A stretch of 64,000 bases of DNA from Kondoa subrosea (taxonomy: Eukaryota), in NCBI GenBank assembly GCA_039545335.1, contig BCIN01000007.1, forward strand, positions 620,001 through 684,000, read 5' to 3'. How positions within the stretch are numbered: position 1 is the stretch's first letter; each line of letters starts with the position of its first letter. This document shows, one piece after another, positions 12,381-25,782 of this stretch. Below the pieces are notes generated by a model. The model was not told the DNA's origin, made no database searches, and was given only the letters and a program-made list of their open reading frames with translations. The translations under genes were made by a program, and so were the position numbers.

Positions 12381-12761
12381 TCAATCGTCTGACTCTGCTG
12401 GCGCTTCCTGGCCCAAAGACAAAGCTCGCAATCTTCTCAATTCAGCTTTCTGTGCACGTACAAGCCATGGTATCAGAGCTATTCTGACTATACATGACAT
12501 GAGACCGCACCTTTTGTTCGACAACCTTGATATTCCTCTCATTCATGTCGTAAAGGAAAGCTCCCGCTCCAGCCCAAGCGACCATAGATAAGGCATGTCC
12601 TCCTAGATCTGGTCGATCCACACAACTTCAGCTGACGAACACAGCGAACAGGTAAGCAGGGCCGAACTGTCTGATAAATTTCGCTTCATGATGCCTAATT
12701 GCCAAAACCTGGCTGCTAATCCAAATCCAGCTCCGCCGAGTACATACGACAGGAGAGGCAT
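12381..12761 (-). CDS. NDUFC2: NADH:ubiquinone oxidoreductase accessory subunit B14.5b (NDUFC2-like)
   Basis: MPLLSYVLGGAGFGLAARFWQLGIMKR..|NLGGHALSMVAWAGAGAFLY...; GFGLAxRFWQLGI is the fungal signature; 2 introns. Confidence 0.82.
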
Positions 12762-12910
12762 TGCTTTTAATCTAATAGATTCGAGAGAGAGAGTGGGAGA
12801 CTCGCAAAACTTGAGTTGCTTGTTGATGGTCGTTGACAACAATTGGGTCAAGGAATTATAGGACGCGAGAGAGAAAGTGTAAGAGCAAAAAGTGTCATAG
12901 AGTGTAGATA

Positions 12911-15249
12911 TCATCGGTTCCTATCCTCCTTCTTACTTCTGTCCTTGCTCATGAAAATCAAGCAACATGAAATCGCTGCTATCAAGACTGCCCAACCTGA
13001 AAATACTTATGAGAGGGTGGAATAAGTTTACTTAGAAGGAGCTGACCGCTATATAAAGGTCCATTTCCGACTGATTTGGTCAGAGGTTCAGCGCTAATTG
13101 TTCTGTTTAGTCAGTCTCGACAAGGTGATAGGATTGAATACGAACATAAACGCAGCTATACAGCCAAAGGTGCCTGTCGAATGAAATTAGCTTCATTCTA
13201 GGACGTTATGTGATAAACATAAATCACCTCTCAGAGCTGAATTGCAGGCAACAGCTGATGAAGATCTGCCACGATTCTTGTCGACAATGCATCAGTCGAG
13301 CATGCTAAAGCTGTGTGGGCCTACCTACCTTGTCAACAATAAAAGCCAATGTAGAGCTACCAGCATTCATCAAAACTACTGAGGAGCGTTCAATACATGA
13401 AAAGGACATAGCATACCTATAAATCCATATCGAGCTGAAGCCTGCCACGAACAAAGCAGCACAGATATAACCTATATGGACCGTTTCTTCCACAAGCCAA
13501 GCGTAAGCCACAAGACTAAGTGGTAAAAAGGGCATAGCAGGCAAAGTAGATTTCAATCGATACTTCGTTCCAATTCATCAATCAACATTCTCTTCTTGTT
13601 AGGTGAAGGAAAAGAATGCTCACTTCCGCTCGCCAAACTCCATCGTTTTTAGCTTTCTGCTTGAGTGCATATCGATCTGACCATCTTCCACCAAGCACAC
13701 TACCGGCTATTGATCCTACACCTAAACTGAGTAACACTAATCCAACATCGATAGCTTTGAAATTATAAGGCGCGGAAGCGAAATTTCTTGCTCCAGTGAA
13801 ACTGAGAGAATATTGTACAGCAAAGAGCTGTACTTTCAGTCAACGTCTTTAGCACCCTGATCTTGCAAAAGATTGCGAAGAACGCACTAAACCAGAAAAT
13901 ACTGTTGCTACCATATTGATTGGAACTCGCATGACTGCTCCTACTGCGTTGAGAGGATTGACATCACGTAGAGTGACTTTGAATTTGGGTAGTTCAGGTA
14001 CTTGAGGATCAGGTTTATCGGCGTGCAAAGGCATTTGAGAATTGGTAGTAGCAGGACTAAGATCATGGATGCTATCCATTGAATGACCATGTTTGTGAGT
14101 TTGAGCTGCTGCTGCTCTGTTTGCTGCATTTACCCATGCTCGAGATCGCTGAGGTCTGCATATGACTGCCTTAGTACGATAAGGAATAGCTCAAAAGTAA
14201 GCTGACCTGAAAGTATCAGGTAGGAAGATGAAGGTGAGAAGACAAAACGCGCCATAACCGACTAGGAAATAGAATGTTGCCTGAAGAATAGTCAAAGATG
14301 CTGAGACACAACATGTGACTCTTCTTACCCGCCAATCACTGGCTGAAGTGAGAGCGCCGCCCAATAGCGTTCCGAAAGAGGGACCGAGAAGTGGAGCTAT
14401 CTTCAGAATCAAATCAGCCAGGCATGATTATCGCAAGCAATACAGCTCACATAGTATACACCTAGTCGACGACCTCTTTCATGCGAAGCGTAAATATCTG
14501 CAAGCGACCCAGCTCCAATAGCTAGGACTGCAGATCCACCAATGGCTGAAATGATACGGCCGGCGAACTAAAGCCGATCAGATATGTATCATACTGATCA
14601 TGGGATACTCACAAAGACTCCGCCGTTCATCGCTCGAGATGCAACGAGACAACCTATCGAGAACAGACCCTGCCGTCAACATCAGCTTGCTGTGGGCAAG
14701 CAAAGTCACTCAAAGGCGTACAAGACTGATAATATATACAAGCCTGCGCATAATGTTCAGCATTGGTTATTTTGCATTCACGGTTGACTTACTTGCGACC
14801 GCTGACTTCCGATATTGTTGACCATAAAATCGGTATATTGCCTTGAAATAGGATGAAGATAGCAACATTAGCTGTGATGTATTGATCAGACACTTTCAAA
14901 TCAGCTAAAACATCATTGTCAGCTGGATACTATTCTCAAATTGATAGACCTACTCTGAAGGGCGTCTAGAGCTGGAAAGAAGATGTTCGCTGAGAGCGAA
15001 GAAACTGCTGCAGCGGTCGAGATGATTGCCAGACATGCCCTAAACATAATCTGAGCTTTCCGTTCCATGAGACCGATGTAGAGTGTACCATTTCTTCTTG
15101 CCGCTCCATTCGCGAGGATCGTTGTTTACAGGTACCGATTCGATATCATAGGTAATTGTAGCCACTCTTCTAGCTTTCGGCGGCTGCTCGTCATTTGTGG
15201 TAGAAGCAGCTGTACCGTCAACTGAGGGCTGTTGAACAGCTGCGGACAT
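12911..15249 (-). CDS. MFS drug:H+ antiporter (DHA1/QDR-like)
   Basis: DPREWSGKKKW, SANIFFPAL, WSTISEVSGRK, GSLADIYASHERGRRLG, WRATFYFL, GGRWSD; many TM segments and introns. Confidence 0.9.
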
Positions 15250-15803
15250 TAACTAGATGTGGCAGACAGGATGAAGGCAGCTGAGCTGTCTAGAGCAGCA
15301 GAAGGAGCAAGGATTGCAGGCCTGCATAACAGTCGCGAGTCATGTTTGTGGAAATCTTCTTTCAACAAGCAGCAACGAACTCTGAGAAGAGCAATAATGG
15401 ACACAAGAAGCCTCTGTGCAGTCTCAGTGCGAACGAATGTGACAACAGGCGCAGAAGCAGAACCGCGGAAACTGGACAAGATGCATCGACTTGAATGCGA
15501 AGTTACAATATCGCTGCAAAGTGACTGATTTTCGTCATGTGCTTCTCTCCATCGTGCAGACATTGTACATCAGCTTTTACATGCTATGGCTGTTATATTG
15601 TCAGAATGATTCGTCTTACAACTTGTCGCCTCTTTGTCCGGTCTCGAAGTCTTCTTCTTGTTCTCCCTTTCATCGCTGAGCCCTGGCAAGTGTCTTGTCA
15701 GGCTGTGTACTCTGTTAAGCGAGTCGAGGTGTACTTCTCAGGCGATGCCTAGCTTTGATGCAAGCCTGTCTGGCAATAGTCACGAGTCTAGCTCAAGCAC
15801 ATA

Positions 15804-17156
15804 ATGCAGCTATCTTTAAGGACACTCCAAAAACGGCAAGCGAGGAAGGTCGTACATGTGAACGTGGTAAACCAGGTGCATGTAGATCAAAATGGCAGAC
15901 CATTCACAAGTAAGTAATGCTTACTCTTGATAATAAGCTTACTGACGATATTGCCATCTACAGCTGAAGTCGAAACACAAGTCTCTACTGAAATCATTCC
16001 TGCTGCAACACCTCAACCTAGTCCAGATCCACCAAAGCAAGAACAGCCTCAACCTCCTGCCAATACCCAGAAGCCTGCAAATCCAGACCCAACGACAGGA
16101 ACAACACAACCAGCAGCACCTCCGTCTACTCCGAGCCCTACGTCTTCTACCTTTTCCCCTCGTCCAACAATTCCACAGACAACTCGCTCGCCTGATTCCG
16201 ATCGAGCTAGCAATCCTCCTTCTTCATCTTCCACTATCCGTACTTCTCTTTCGTCAATTAGCAGTAGCTCAATGCGGCCCGTTTCGATTGCTGGCGAGCC
16301 TTTACTACTAAGCTCTTCTAAATCTTCACCGCTTCAATCTTCCTCTGCAAGCGCTTCTTCAACGTCCAATATGACCACTAGCGAGCAATCTCAAAATCAA
16401 GATCAGAATACTGGTTCTCACAGCCCAGTAGCGCTGGCAGCTATCGTTGGCTCGGTTGCAGGAGCTATCATCGTCATTGCTCTACTTGTTTGGTTCATAC
16501 GCCGCAGATCAGTCCAAAAGAAGAATCAAATGGAACTTGAACGCTATGATATGGGAAAAGAGGGCTCCTTCTGGAACAGTGATGGATCAGAATCAATCAG
16601 ATCAAAGACTTCTTACCATTCACATCTTTCGCCAACCTCGATCAGTGGATCTCGCAGCTCTTTAGCAAGCAAGACTTTCTACACACTTCCACCCATTAAC
16701 ATCAAATACTCTGAAAGCAAAAGAAGCGATGCAGAAGAATTCGAAGAGCTGACAGTCTGCTCCCCGACCTCGCATTGGGGTAGAGACTTCGATGCTCCAA
16801 TGGCAATAGAACCACAACATGCTCCTACAAAACTGATGAGATCTTCTTCTACTTCTTCGCAATCCAAAACTCTTCGTCGAGCACCAACAGCTTTCTCGAT
16901 TGCGTTAGACGACAGTCTTACTTCCGTTTCTCGTAATATACTACGTCCAGCTGTTCTTGCACCCGAAAGCTCAAGTCGTCAGTCCTATACTGTACCAGCT
17001 AAAAGTAGTCAACCTTCATCAAGATCGGAACAGACGATTTCCCGCAGTTCTTTAGGATACGGACAGGGTTCAATAACAGGATCAGGAGTATCAGGACGAC
17101 TGTTGACCAGCACATTTATTCGGGACACCCATGGGACTGACTCAAACTTCGTGTGA
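15804..17156 (+). CDS. Ser/Thr/Pro-rich single-pass membrane protein (Mid2-like architecture)
   Basis: S/T-rich stalk, TM ALAAIVGSVAGAIIVIALLVWFI then RRR; first exon and start codon inferred. Confidence 0.75.
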
Positions 17157-17226
17157 ATATATATGGTTTATTGTCATTTGTACGAATGCGGAAATATAAG
17201 GTGTATAAGTAGAACGGTATCTGCAT

Positions 17227-18143
17227 TCAATTCCAAGGAAGCCCTTTGCAAACTTCTTGATGTTCCATCAAAGCGAAAGTAGCCATTACCATCTGTACAA
17301 TACAAGTTGTCAGCTTTAATTGTTTTTAAAACAGAAGAAGAATTTAAAACAGAAGAAGAAAACGCACATCTTGCATCTCGACAGCTTCACCATCCAAGTA
17401 CAGCGTACATTTAGCGCTCGTCTGCATCTTTTCGTCAGCGGGAAATTCTCATTGCTTCTCCGACACCCACATAATGCTCCAGACCGATCAATTCTTCACT
17501 TGTTGCGATCACCTTGTTCGAGATAGGCGATTTGAGCTCGAGAAATGTGGATGTTCTGCTTTTGATAGGTGGGTTCTCCATATCAATGTGATCTTGGATC
17601 CCATCATTAGATGCGAAGCGGTAGGAGAATTGGCAGCATACCAACCCAACGAGGATCTCTGGGTCGAGCAGTCCATTTGTATGTCTGACCTCTATAATTG
17701 AATGTCTTTCCTCTATTCGCAAATGATCAGCTCATTTCCCGCTAACTCGGAAATTGCTCACTGTCCGAAAGTCTTCTTCTTCAATACCTGCTTGAAAGGA
17801 CTAGCTTGCGAGCTTGAAGGACTTGAATCGACAGAGAGGATAATTTGACTCTTATCGATTGACGAAGGGTTGAAATCCGCTTTGACAAGCGTTGTAGAAA
17901 ATTGAGGTGATCCTTTGGCGAGAAAGAAAGAGCCGTCCTTGTCATATGATGTATAGAGCGTGTTTGGTTCATCGTTGCGTAGGCAATAAATATACTGAGC
18001 AGCAAATCGTCAACCATGACTTCGAACACGAGAGGTGTACATACTCTTTCTTCTACTGGTCTGCCTTGTGTCTGCTTCGATCCAAGCTGCATAGTAGTAG
18101 CAGAAAGATGCTTTGTGATGCAGACTGTGTAGTTAGGCGGCAT
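17227..18143 (-). CDS. Small multi-exon hypothetical protein (DUF6593-like segment KTFNYRGQTYKW)
   Basis: Consistent GT-AG exons ...KKKTFG|GKTFNYRGQTYKWTARP|...CTLYLDGEAVEMQD|MVMATFALME; family assignment tentative. Confidence 0.55.
17325..17360. repeat. Perfect 18-bp tandem duplication (tttaaaacagaagaagaa x2) in an intron
   Basis: Directly visible. Confidence 0.9.
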
Positions 18144-18345
18144 CTTGGTAATCAGTTTTTTCTTGCTTGCATATTCCTCTTCCTTGTCTGACGAAAGCGT
18201 AACGAATTGATGCTCGTATGTAGACGTAGGAGTGCTGAGTACAGTATTGCATCAGCCCGAGTGCAAGCACGTTCATGCGCATTGATCTCACAACGGCATT
18301 TTGACGCTCTTCTGACAGAATTGACACCAACAAGTGCTCTTAATG

Positions 18346-18392
18346 TGAGAGAGAGAGAGAGAACAGAAGAGAAAGTGAGAGAGAAAAAGAGA
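18346..18392. repeat. GA-rich low-complexity tract
   Basis: gagagagagagagagaacagaagagaaagtgagagag..., intergenic. Confidence 0.7.
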
Positions 18393-18740
18393 GCAAAGCG
18401 AAAACTACAGACACGCGATAATGTGAGACTTCGAAATAGGCAATAGGTTCTAGCTTTTGGCCGGCTAACAAGGCCGCAACGAGGTCAAAGCCAGAGGAGC
18501 AAAGCACAGTGCAGCGGTCTTGAGTTTGTAACTGTCTTAGCTCGAAAGTATGGCAGTTCATAAAGGTGATGTGTGACAGCGAATCGATGAATGTCAAACG
18601 AGAATCGATGTCAAAGGGTAAGGAGAAGAAAACGCTGTGCATTGACTATCAACGCCGCAAACAACTGTACAAGGAAGAAACACGATACGATACAAGCAAG
18701 CAAGTACTACCCTAAAAGCAGTCCAGCCCACTTGAATGGT

Positions 18741-19955
18741 TTAGTGGTGACGCTGTTTGCCTGAAGGAACGAAAGAGGGTTCCAAGCCAGAGTCCAATTG
18801 CACGTAAGCCGGACCAGCTACGGTGTTCTTGTCGTCGAGGGTTTCGCTTGTGCTGACGACAACGTAGACGACACCGGAAAGGTTCTTTGGGAACTGTACT
18901 GTATGGTCTGGCGCAATCTTGACAGAGTAATCGCTGCAGCAAGCAGGTCAGCAGGAATTCCGAGAGCAAGACATGATGAAACGTACTTAAGACCGTTCAA
19001 GAAGTGAGCGTAAAGAACGGCTTGACCAGTCTTGCATTCGAATTTGAGCTGAGCCTTGCCTTGCTTGTTGCATTTGCCAACAGTAAGGGCAGGGAAGTCC
19101 TGAACAGGAAGAGATGGGTTAGTTGAAGGGCAGCTCTTGATCTGTCAAAAGGAGTAAGCTCAAGACAAAGTAATTCAGATCTTCACACGAACGAATGGAG
19201 CAGCCAAAGAGTAGACTTGAGAGAAGTCAAGAGGAGTGTCGAAAGGGCTTGGGAAACCAGATCCACCGTTGACTTCACTATAGCACAAAAACAAGGGACA
19301 TGAGCAAAGAAGGAAGACACCCCTCAGGAGATCTCTTACGCGATGACAGCTTGATGACGAGCTTCAACAGTGAGGATGCTACCAGCTGCAGTCAAGTACG
19401 CGTCGTTCGTGACTAGAGTGAGAATGTCAATGCAAGAAATCAAGACAACCATATTGCACTCACTTTCGGCAGCTGCACCAAGGTAAGCTGATACTCCTAC
19501 GCTTTCCAAAATTCTAGACAAGGCCAAAGCTTCACCAACAGTCTTGTAGGGGAACTTGTAAGTGCAAGGTTTGGTAGCAGCATTGCCAAGAGCGCCAGAG
19601 AGGAAAGCAACATGTGTTGCCTCTTCAGCAGCCAACGCTTGAACGCGCTGGTAAACCCAGGTCGGGTATCCTGCAGCCTTGAAAGCTTTCTGGTTGAATT
19701 TCTTGAGTACACCATGGTAGAAGTTGTTTTCCAAGTGCTCCCTGACGAATCATGATCATGAGAGAACGGATGCTTCCTGAGAGCTCTAGACATACAAGGT
19801 GAGCGCGTAGTTGAGAATAGTCTAGAGGAATAGTAGTAAGAATCAGGCGCAATGCAGAAGCAGAAGAGACTCACAGTGTCAATGTCAGGCTTTGCTTGAG
19901 CAGCAACGCCAAGGGCGAGGGATGAGACGGCAATAGCAGCAGCAGTGATCTTCAT
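18741..19955 (-). CDS. Secreted ferritin-like domain protein (Rds1 family)
   Basis: Signal peptide; ILNYALTLEHLENNFY, EATHVAFL, ESVGVSAYLGAA, AAGSILTVEARH, PFDTPLDFSQVYSLAAPFI. Confidence 0.92.
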
Positions 19956-20626
19956 TGTGATAAGAGAGTTGTTAAAAGAGTGTGAGAGTTGAAAGGAATG
20001 TGAAGTAGTTGGAAAGTCTGGAGTCTTGAAAGTTCTTGATAAGGGAAGGAAGAAGAGAAACGTCTGAGACTTATAGAAGGTGTTGTTTGTTGTTATTGTT
20101 GTTCGGCGCCATTAATATGGGCTCACTTTGGGATCGCAGCGGGGACTGAAATGAGGTGATCGAAAGTCGCGACATTTTGACGGTTGCAGATCTTTTTGAA
20201 GTATAAATAAGTATAAGGGCAGAACCCGTGGAGCTCCAACGGGTTGAAATTGCATTGTTGTTCATTGTTGTTATTGCAGAAGCGCGCAGAGATCTCAAGA
20301 AGACAATCCTCCGAAGACAGCTCAACGGGTTTGCGAAGAAGTGCGACAAAGGCGGCCGAATGCAGGTCACAGGAGTAGTCTAGGAGCTGTCCTAGAATCA
20401 CACCAAGCAGAATATGCCATATACTAGACGATTCAATAAACGAAATATCGAGCGGAAACTCATTGAAGTCGGTAGCAAAGAAAACGCGTGAGATAGGCAA
20501 AGGAGCCGGGTCCTCGCTCGATGACTGCTCGTAAGGCAAAGAGACTGGTCTTGTGCAAGGAAGAGAAAGCCACTCCCGGAGTCCTTCCACAGATGCAATT
20601 CGAAATCTGCGGTTATTCCAAAACGC

Positions 20627-22192
20627 ATGAGAAGCGCGCTGTGGTCGCAATGCAAGCGCAGCGGCACGGCTAGATCTTCGAGAGTTCCGATAAGCAAGAG
20701 GTTCACTTATTCTGGCATCCACAATGTGAGACTTGACGCAACACCTGTCAATCCTCTAGAAGGATTAAATACGAGCATATGGAAGCCAATCTCGTTTGCT
20801 GTCTTGGTTGGAGGAGGTGCCTTCTTGTGGTCTGCGGAACGAACAAATTATGACACCAATACAAGATCGGAATTATTGCAGCAGTCAAGAGTTGGCAAAA
20901 GCATGAAAGTGGCTAGTCTGGCTTGGGGCAACTCTTCATGGCCGACCTCAGAGGATCTCAACAGATCAAGAGCGCAAGACATTCGTGCCAGTCTGGTCAA
21001 AGTGCTTGATAAAACCAGACGAATGACGGCAGAATTGGGCAGGTATGCTTCTTCTTCTGTTACCATTTGCATATTTCTAACACTACAAGAAGAGCGACTA
21101 TCATTATAGGCGAAGGCTGGCTGAATACACCTGAAGCCAAACGGACATGCTATGCTTTAGTCGCTGTTCAAGCTGTCGTCTTCTTGGCCTGGCAAGCTAG
21201 ACGTCTTCAGCCGTTCATGATGCGCAACTTCCTTTCCCATCCTCTCTCCAATCGAGTGTATACCAATCTAGTTTGTTGTCCTACTCTGTTTGATGTCTTG
21301 CGGCTGACAGTATCTCAGACTAGCGTCTTCTCACATAACAGTCTTGTACATATCGGCTTCAATAGCATTGCTTTTCTCTCCATAGGTGCATCTGCACATC
21401 AATACTTTTGGAATCTTTCTCGGCAAGATGATATTAAAGCCTCAACGGCACGATATGAGTTCTTAGCATTCTTCCTCGCTGGTGTGTACATCCGCAAAAT
21501 TATCCGCTGATTCTGACGGGTGCTTTACAGGCGGATTGGTAGCTTCTGCCGGATCTCAAGTCTTTACACTTGCAGTTCGGTTACCGAGGCTATTGAGGAA
21601 AACAGCAACTCCTTCCATTGAAGCGATCCGAGGATCGCTACTGCCTTCACTAGGGGCTAGTGGAGCTATTTGGTCTTGTCTGAGTGTGACCGCTTTGGGT
21701 CAGTCCCGCTGTCTATTCTGCTGACTTTGGCTGATCGTTTGGTCAGCTTTTCCTGACGGTCCGCTTTCCCGAACTGCATGGGAGTCGCGCTGATACTCTG
21801 TATAGCGGAAGTCCAGCTCATCATTTTGCCATTCTTCTCTTTCCCGAGTACATCGTTTTGCGTCATTATTCTACTACCAAGCTAACATCTTTATCAGTAA
21901 CGTACGGAGTAGGGGCCATGGCACTTGTAGACGTCTTAGGCCTACTCTTCCGCTGGCGAATGTTTGACCACGCAGCTCATCTTTCAGGTCAGCTATTGTT
22001 CTCTTAGGTCTCGCTATGTCCCTGATCGAAATTGAACAGGAGCGGCTTTCGGAGTTCTATACTATGCTTATGGGTGAATTTTTCTTTCGCAAATGTCAAT
22101 CTTAATACTTATTAATCCGGTTCAGACATGATTTCTTTGTATATTTGCGTAAAATGTTGAGCAATACCTCGGCACAGAAGAGTCGCGGATGA
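20627..22192 (+). CDS. PCP1: Mitochondrial rhomboid protease (PARL/Pcp1)
   Basis: Presequence-like N-terminus; SVFSH, SLGASGAI (catalytic Ser), FDHAAHLSG (catalytic His). Confidence 0.9.
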
Positions 22193-22590
22193 AGGTCATC
22201 ATGCAAGATCTCTTCAGTATAGACTGCATTGCAGAACATTACGAAATGACGATTCATATTTTGCGATACTTTGACCCACAACAACGAGACTCGCCAGAAG
22301 TGCGAAGAGATACCACTGTGGACTGTAGGATACCATATCGAAGTATACCAGCCTTTATTTGAGCTTCTTTGCAAGCCTGCCAGCTCGCCTCGATATATTC
22401 TGTCGGAAGAGCAGACTGAGAGCCTGGATTGCGATAGACAACCGGTACAGCTCAGGATATAGTTAAGAAGTCATCGCTGGGTGTAGCAGCAAGGGAAACT
22501 TGAAGCCTTTTGAATTCTTCATCGAGCTAGCAAAGTTGGTGAGGCATCGCATGTATATTCCGAAAGCCTTCTGATATGGTTTGTCTCAGA

Positions 22591-23976
22591 ATGGATAGCA
22601 TACCGAACGAGATACTTCTCGACATCTGTTCGCACCTAGCTGAAGAAAGTCATGCCTTTCTTGCAAAACTCTGTCTCGTCTCATCTCGCTTCAATGGAAT
22701 CTGCACACCTCTTTTGTATCGAAGAATCCCTGAAGGTGTTATTTCAAGTGACGAGCTACTGAACACTCTCAGCACAGCTAAAGGGAAGCGTTTAGCGGAA
22801 CTAGTACTGGAAGTGGAATGCTGCAGCCTAATAGATTCTACATCGCTGCAGAGAGCAATTGCTTTGGCTGTCGAATGCCGCGAATCAGACCTCAAGCGAA
22901 GCCTGGCATATTTACAGCACTTCAGCTCACTTCGAAGTTTTACGTTGCGTTTGGATTTTGGAACGATATCTTGGCTAAGCCAAACTCAAATGGAGGATTT
23001 GAGACTTTTAAGAGTTCCTCAAGCAGCTGAATTGAATTCGCTGCCATTCTTGCCTACTCTGACTCGATTGACACTTTGTGCGACTGGGATAGAAGAGCAT
23101 TGCCCAAATTATAGCTCCTTGGCGACTCTCATTGCCTCTGCACCTCGCCTCGAATCACTATCATTACTTAGCATCTGTTCTTCAGAATTCTACAAAGCCC
23201 TATCTTTCGCCTTACTTCAAGGTCATTTAGTCTGCCGGTCTCTTCGTAACCTGACCTGGAATTCTGGAGGACATTATCAATTTCCCCTGGACTCTACAAC
23301 ACTCGAGACTATACACCTACTCGCGGGTCTACCTCATATAGCGAAGTTGGATTTGGAAGCCTCTGTTATGCAAAAGAATATCGATAGTCTCACAATAACA
23401 TCATTATCAGTCGCAAGTATGGGTTATGCGCAATTTGCAGCGACCATTGGTATCTTCTGCGCCGGCTTGCCGAATTTGCGGAATTTGAACATGACGATTT
23501 TCGCCGACGACGCAGATCTGGATCAAAATACCCTGACTTATCTTCCTTTGACCTTCCCTCAAACCTCGCTCCGGCTGCAAAGAATCCAAATAATCAGACC
23601 CAACTGTTACATGAGTCGGAACGCGTTGCGTTTCGATATCCGACCTATCTGCGACCTTACTTCTATCTTTTACACTTCAAACATCTTTCCTGCACTCAAA
23701 GAGCTCGATATCCAATTGTGTTCAAGCTTTCATTGGGAAGATGCCGAAGATGCAGGAGTTGTTATTGATGTCGATCCCCCCGAAGGTCCTTGGGATATCG
23801 ACGAATTGGAGCAGACCGTACTTGATTGGGCTTCGAAGGGTAGCGGACGTATTCAGTCAAATCTGGTATTCGAATCATGCATGTTGGAGTGGTCCTGCAA
23901 ATTTTCGCCTGACGGATCACATGAAACAACCAGTCGGAGCACACAAGATCAAGTCGTCCGCAGTCAAGCTGAATAG
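22591..23976 (+). CDS. F-box/LRR-like protein, intronless CDS; probable 5'UTR intron 22539-22589
   Basis: MDSIPNEILLDICSHL...LAKLCLVSSRFNGICTPLLYR is an F-box; Leu-rich body. Confidence 0.85.
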   Translation: MDSIPNEILLDICSHLAEESHAFLAKLCLVSSRFNGICTPLLYRRIPEGVISSDELLNTLSTAKGKRLAELVLEVECCSLIDSTSLQRAIALAVECRESDLKRSLAYLQHFSSLRSFTLRLDFGTISWLSQTQMEDLRLLRVPQAAELNSLPFLPTLTRLTLCATGIEEHCPNYSSLATLIASAPRLESLSLLSICSSEFYKALSFALLQGHLVCRSLRNLTWNSGGHYQFPLDSTTLETIHLLAGLPHIAKLDLEASVMQKNIDSLTITSLSVASMGYAQFAATIGIFCAGLPNLRNLNMTIFADDADLDQNTLTYLPLTFPQTSLRLQRIQIIRPNCYMSRNALRFDIRPICDLTSIFYTSNIFPALKELDIQLCSSFHWEDAEDAGVVIDVDPPEGPWDIDELEQTVLDWASKGSGRIQSNLVFESCMLEWSCKFSPDGSHETTSRSTQDQVVRSQAE

Positions 23977-24173
23977 GCTGGAGCAGAGATGATTTCCTTC
24001 GGTCTGCTGTTCACCACGCAGTAGGATCATACATTTGCAGTGGCTTGTTATCCGAATTATGTACAGGGCTTTGTAACGCTATTCAGCGTCAAGCAGACCA
24101 GCTGCGCGCTAAACGGTTACGGATCGAGCTGTAGACCTAGAAAGTCATGATAATCGCTGCATTGCTTCAATGT

Positions 24174-25782
24174 TCAATCTCCCTAACTAACCTCTGGTTT
24201 GACAGTTTCATGGGCCGGACCGAGATGGACCATGACAGAAACTCTCCATACTTATAACACTCTCGACTTACACTGAGGGACTCAATTAGCATCGACAGAG
24301 TATGTATTGCGACGGGATTTGCCTAACTTTGGGAGCGAAGCCTAGCTTAATTGCAGAACCTGTTCCCGATGCATTCTGGACAATTTATCAGTCATATCCA
24401 CTTCAAATTGTACTTTTTGCTTACTTGATGCATTACATCTGCAATCAAATACAAGATGCGGCGCTCTTCTAAAGCTGGATGTTGAAGACAGGCTCTATGC
24501 CCATGCTTCAGATCATATTGAGTACTTTGAAAACACTCAAACTCACTCGAACAAACGTTGGCCGATCCGACATCTCGTTACCTCGGGCCTGAGATAAACG
24601 CTGACTGCTAGTGCGCTGTGTAATATTTCAATCACCACTGCAAAACAGATCATTTGGGTTCACTCGCCGTTCGAACCATTTCTGGTCAGCATAGGTCCCA
24701 AAGCACATAAATCCGACGACTTGGTGCTCTAGGACAGCAGCGAAGCACTACAGCCGGGACATATTCAGTCTCGTCTCTTGTACTATTGAAAAGCCTCACA
24801 GGCAAGCGCGAATCCAGCAAATGCCGCATCCAAGGAATACGGTCTGCAATCGAGAATGGTCTGCAGTAGCTGCGCGCCTAAGCGAGCTTTTGTAATCAGC
24901 ACGTTCTACTACAAGGCAGGCAAGACGACTGACTTTCGTGAACATTATGGCATGATTTAGGCATGACACAACTAAAGCCGCATATTAGCTCCACTCACAC
25001 AAAGAAGACGTCTTACTCTCTGGTAGATCACGCCATGTTGCCGCTCTGATAGTCAGCTTCTCATGATTCACAGGCAGAGTGAACTTTTGCGGCGACAGAA
25101 CATTCTGAGTATGTTCAAAGTCGGGAAAACCTAGTCCTTGAATTGCAGGAGCAGGTCCAATAAAAATTGAGTACCACTCTTCCCCTATAGTCTGACCATT
25201 TCGCTCTGCTATGTCCAGGCTATGCTGAGATTCAGTAGAGACAGATCGAGATGCAAGTATACCCTACGTGACATTGTGCCAGAAATTGAGACTTCTCAAC
25301 CACAAAGCCGCATCGGTGTTGATCGTGAGATTAGTGTCTGGGCTTGGCTTGAGTAACATAACAGACTTTAGCAGACTTCAAGACTTACGCAGAACAAGGT
25401 AGATTCTCCTAGCAATAGTAAAGTCGTGATCAAGAAGCCTTTGAAACATTTTGGCTCCCACCCTTTGTCGTCGATATTCCTTCTTGACCATGCATGTGAG
25501 CGAGACCGTAAATTCCATTCCGTTATCTGGCATGACATCCATCCAGGGAGCGAAAGCAGCACAAGCCAAGAGGTCGCCATTGTCCGCCATAGCAACCAAG
25601 CATGGGTAGTGATTCTCTTGCAAGAGACGTAGCCAAGCCAAAGTCTTGATTGGCGCTTGCGGTTCATCATCTGGTAGTAAACCTTCTGCAATGATTGAAT
25701 TTTGCAGATCGTTGATGACCTGTAAGTCTGCCAGGCTGGCATCTCTGATTATGAGGGAGTGCATATCTGACATTGATGACAT
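24174..25782 (-). CDS. Tandem double-GNAT acetyltransferase, paralog of 7566-9090, ~9 introns (2 GC-AG)
   Basis: The ORF track shows only exon 1. Hand splicing gives TNLTINTDAALWLRSLNFW, SPQKFTLPVNHEKLTIRAATWRDLPE, LNHAIMFTK, YLRPEVTRCRIGQRLF and CYKYGE, all co-linear with the paralog. Confidence 0.85.

Noticed and set aside
22200..22540. Short ORF 22271-22462 as a separate gene
   Set aside because: Non-ATG start, no motif, and it lies in the probable promoter or 5'UTR of the F-box gene.
4465..25782. F-box plus double-GNAT as a co-duplicated two-gene system
   Set aside because: Each GNAT neighbours an F-box gene, but the F-boxes belong to different subfamilies and the orientations differ. 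F-box genes are frequent enough here for chance adjacency.
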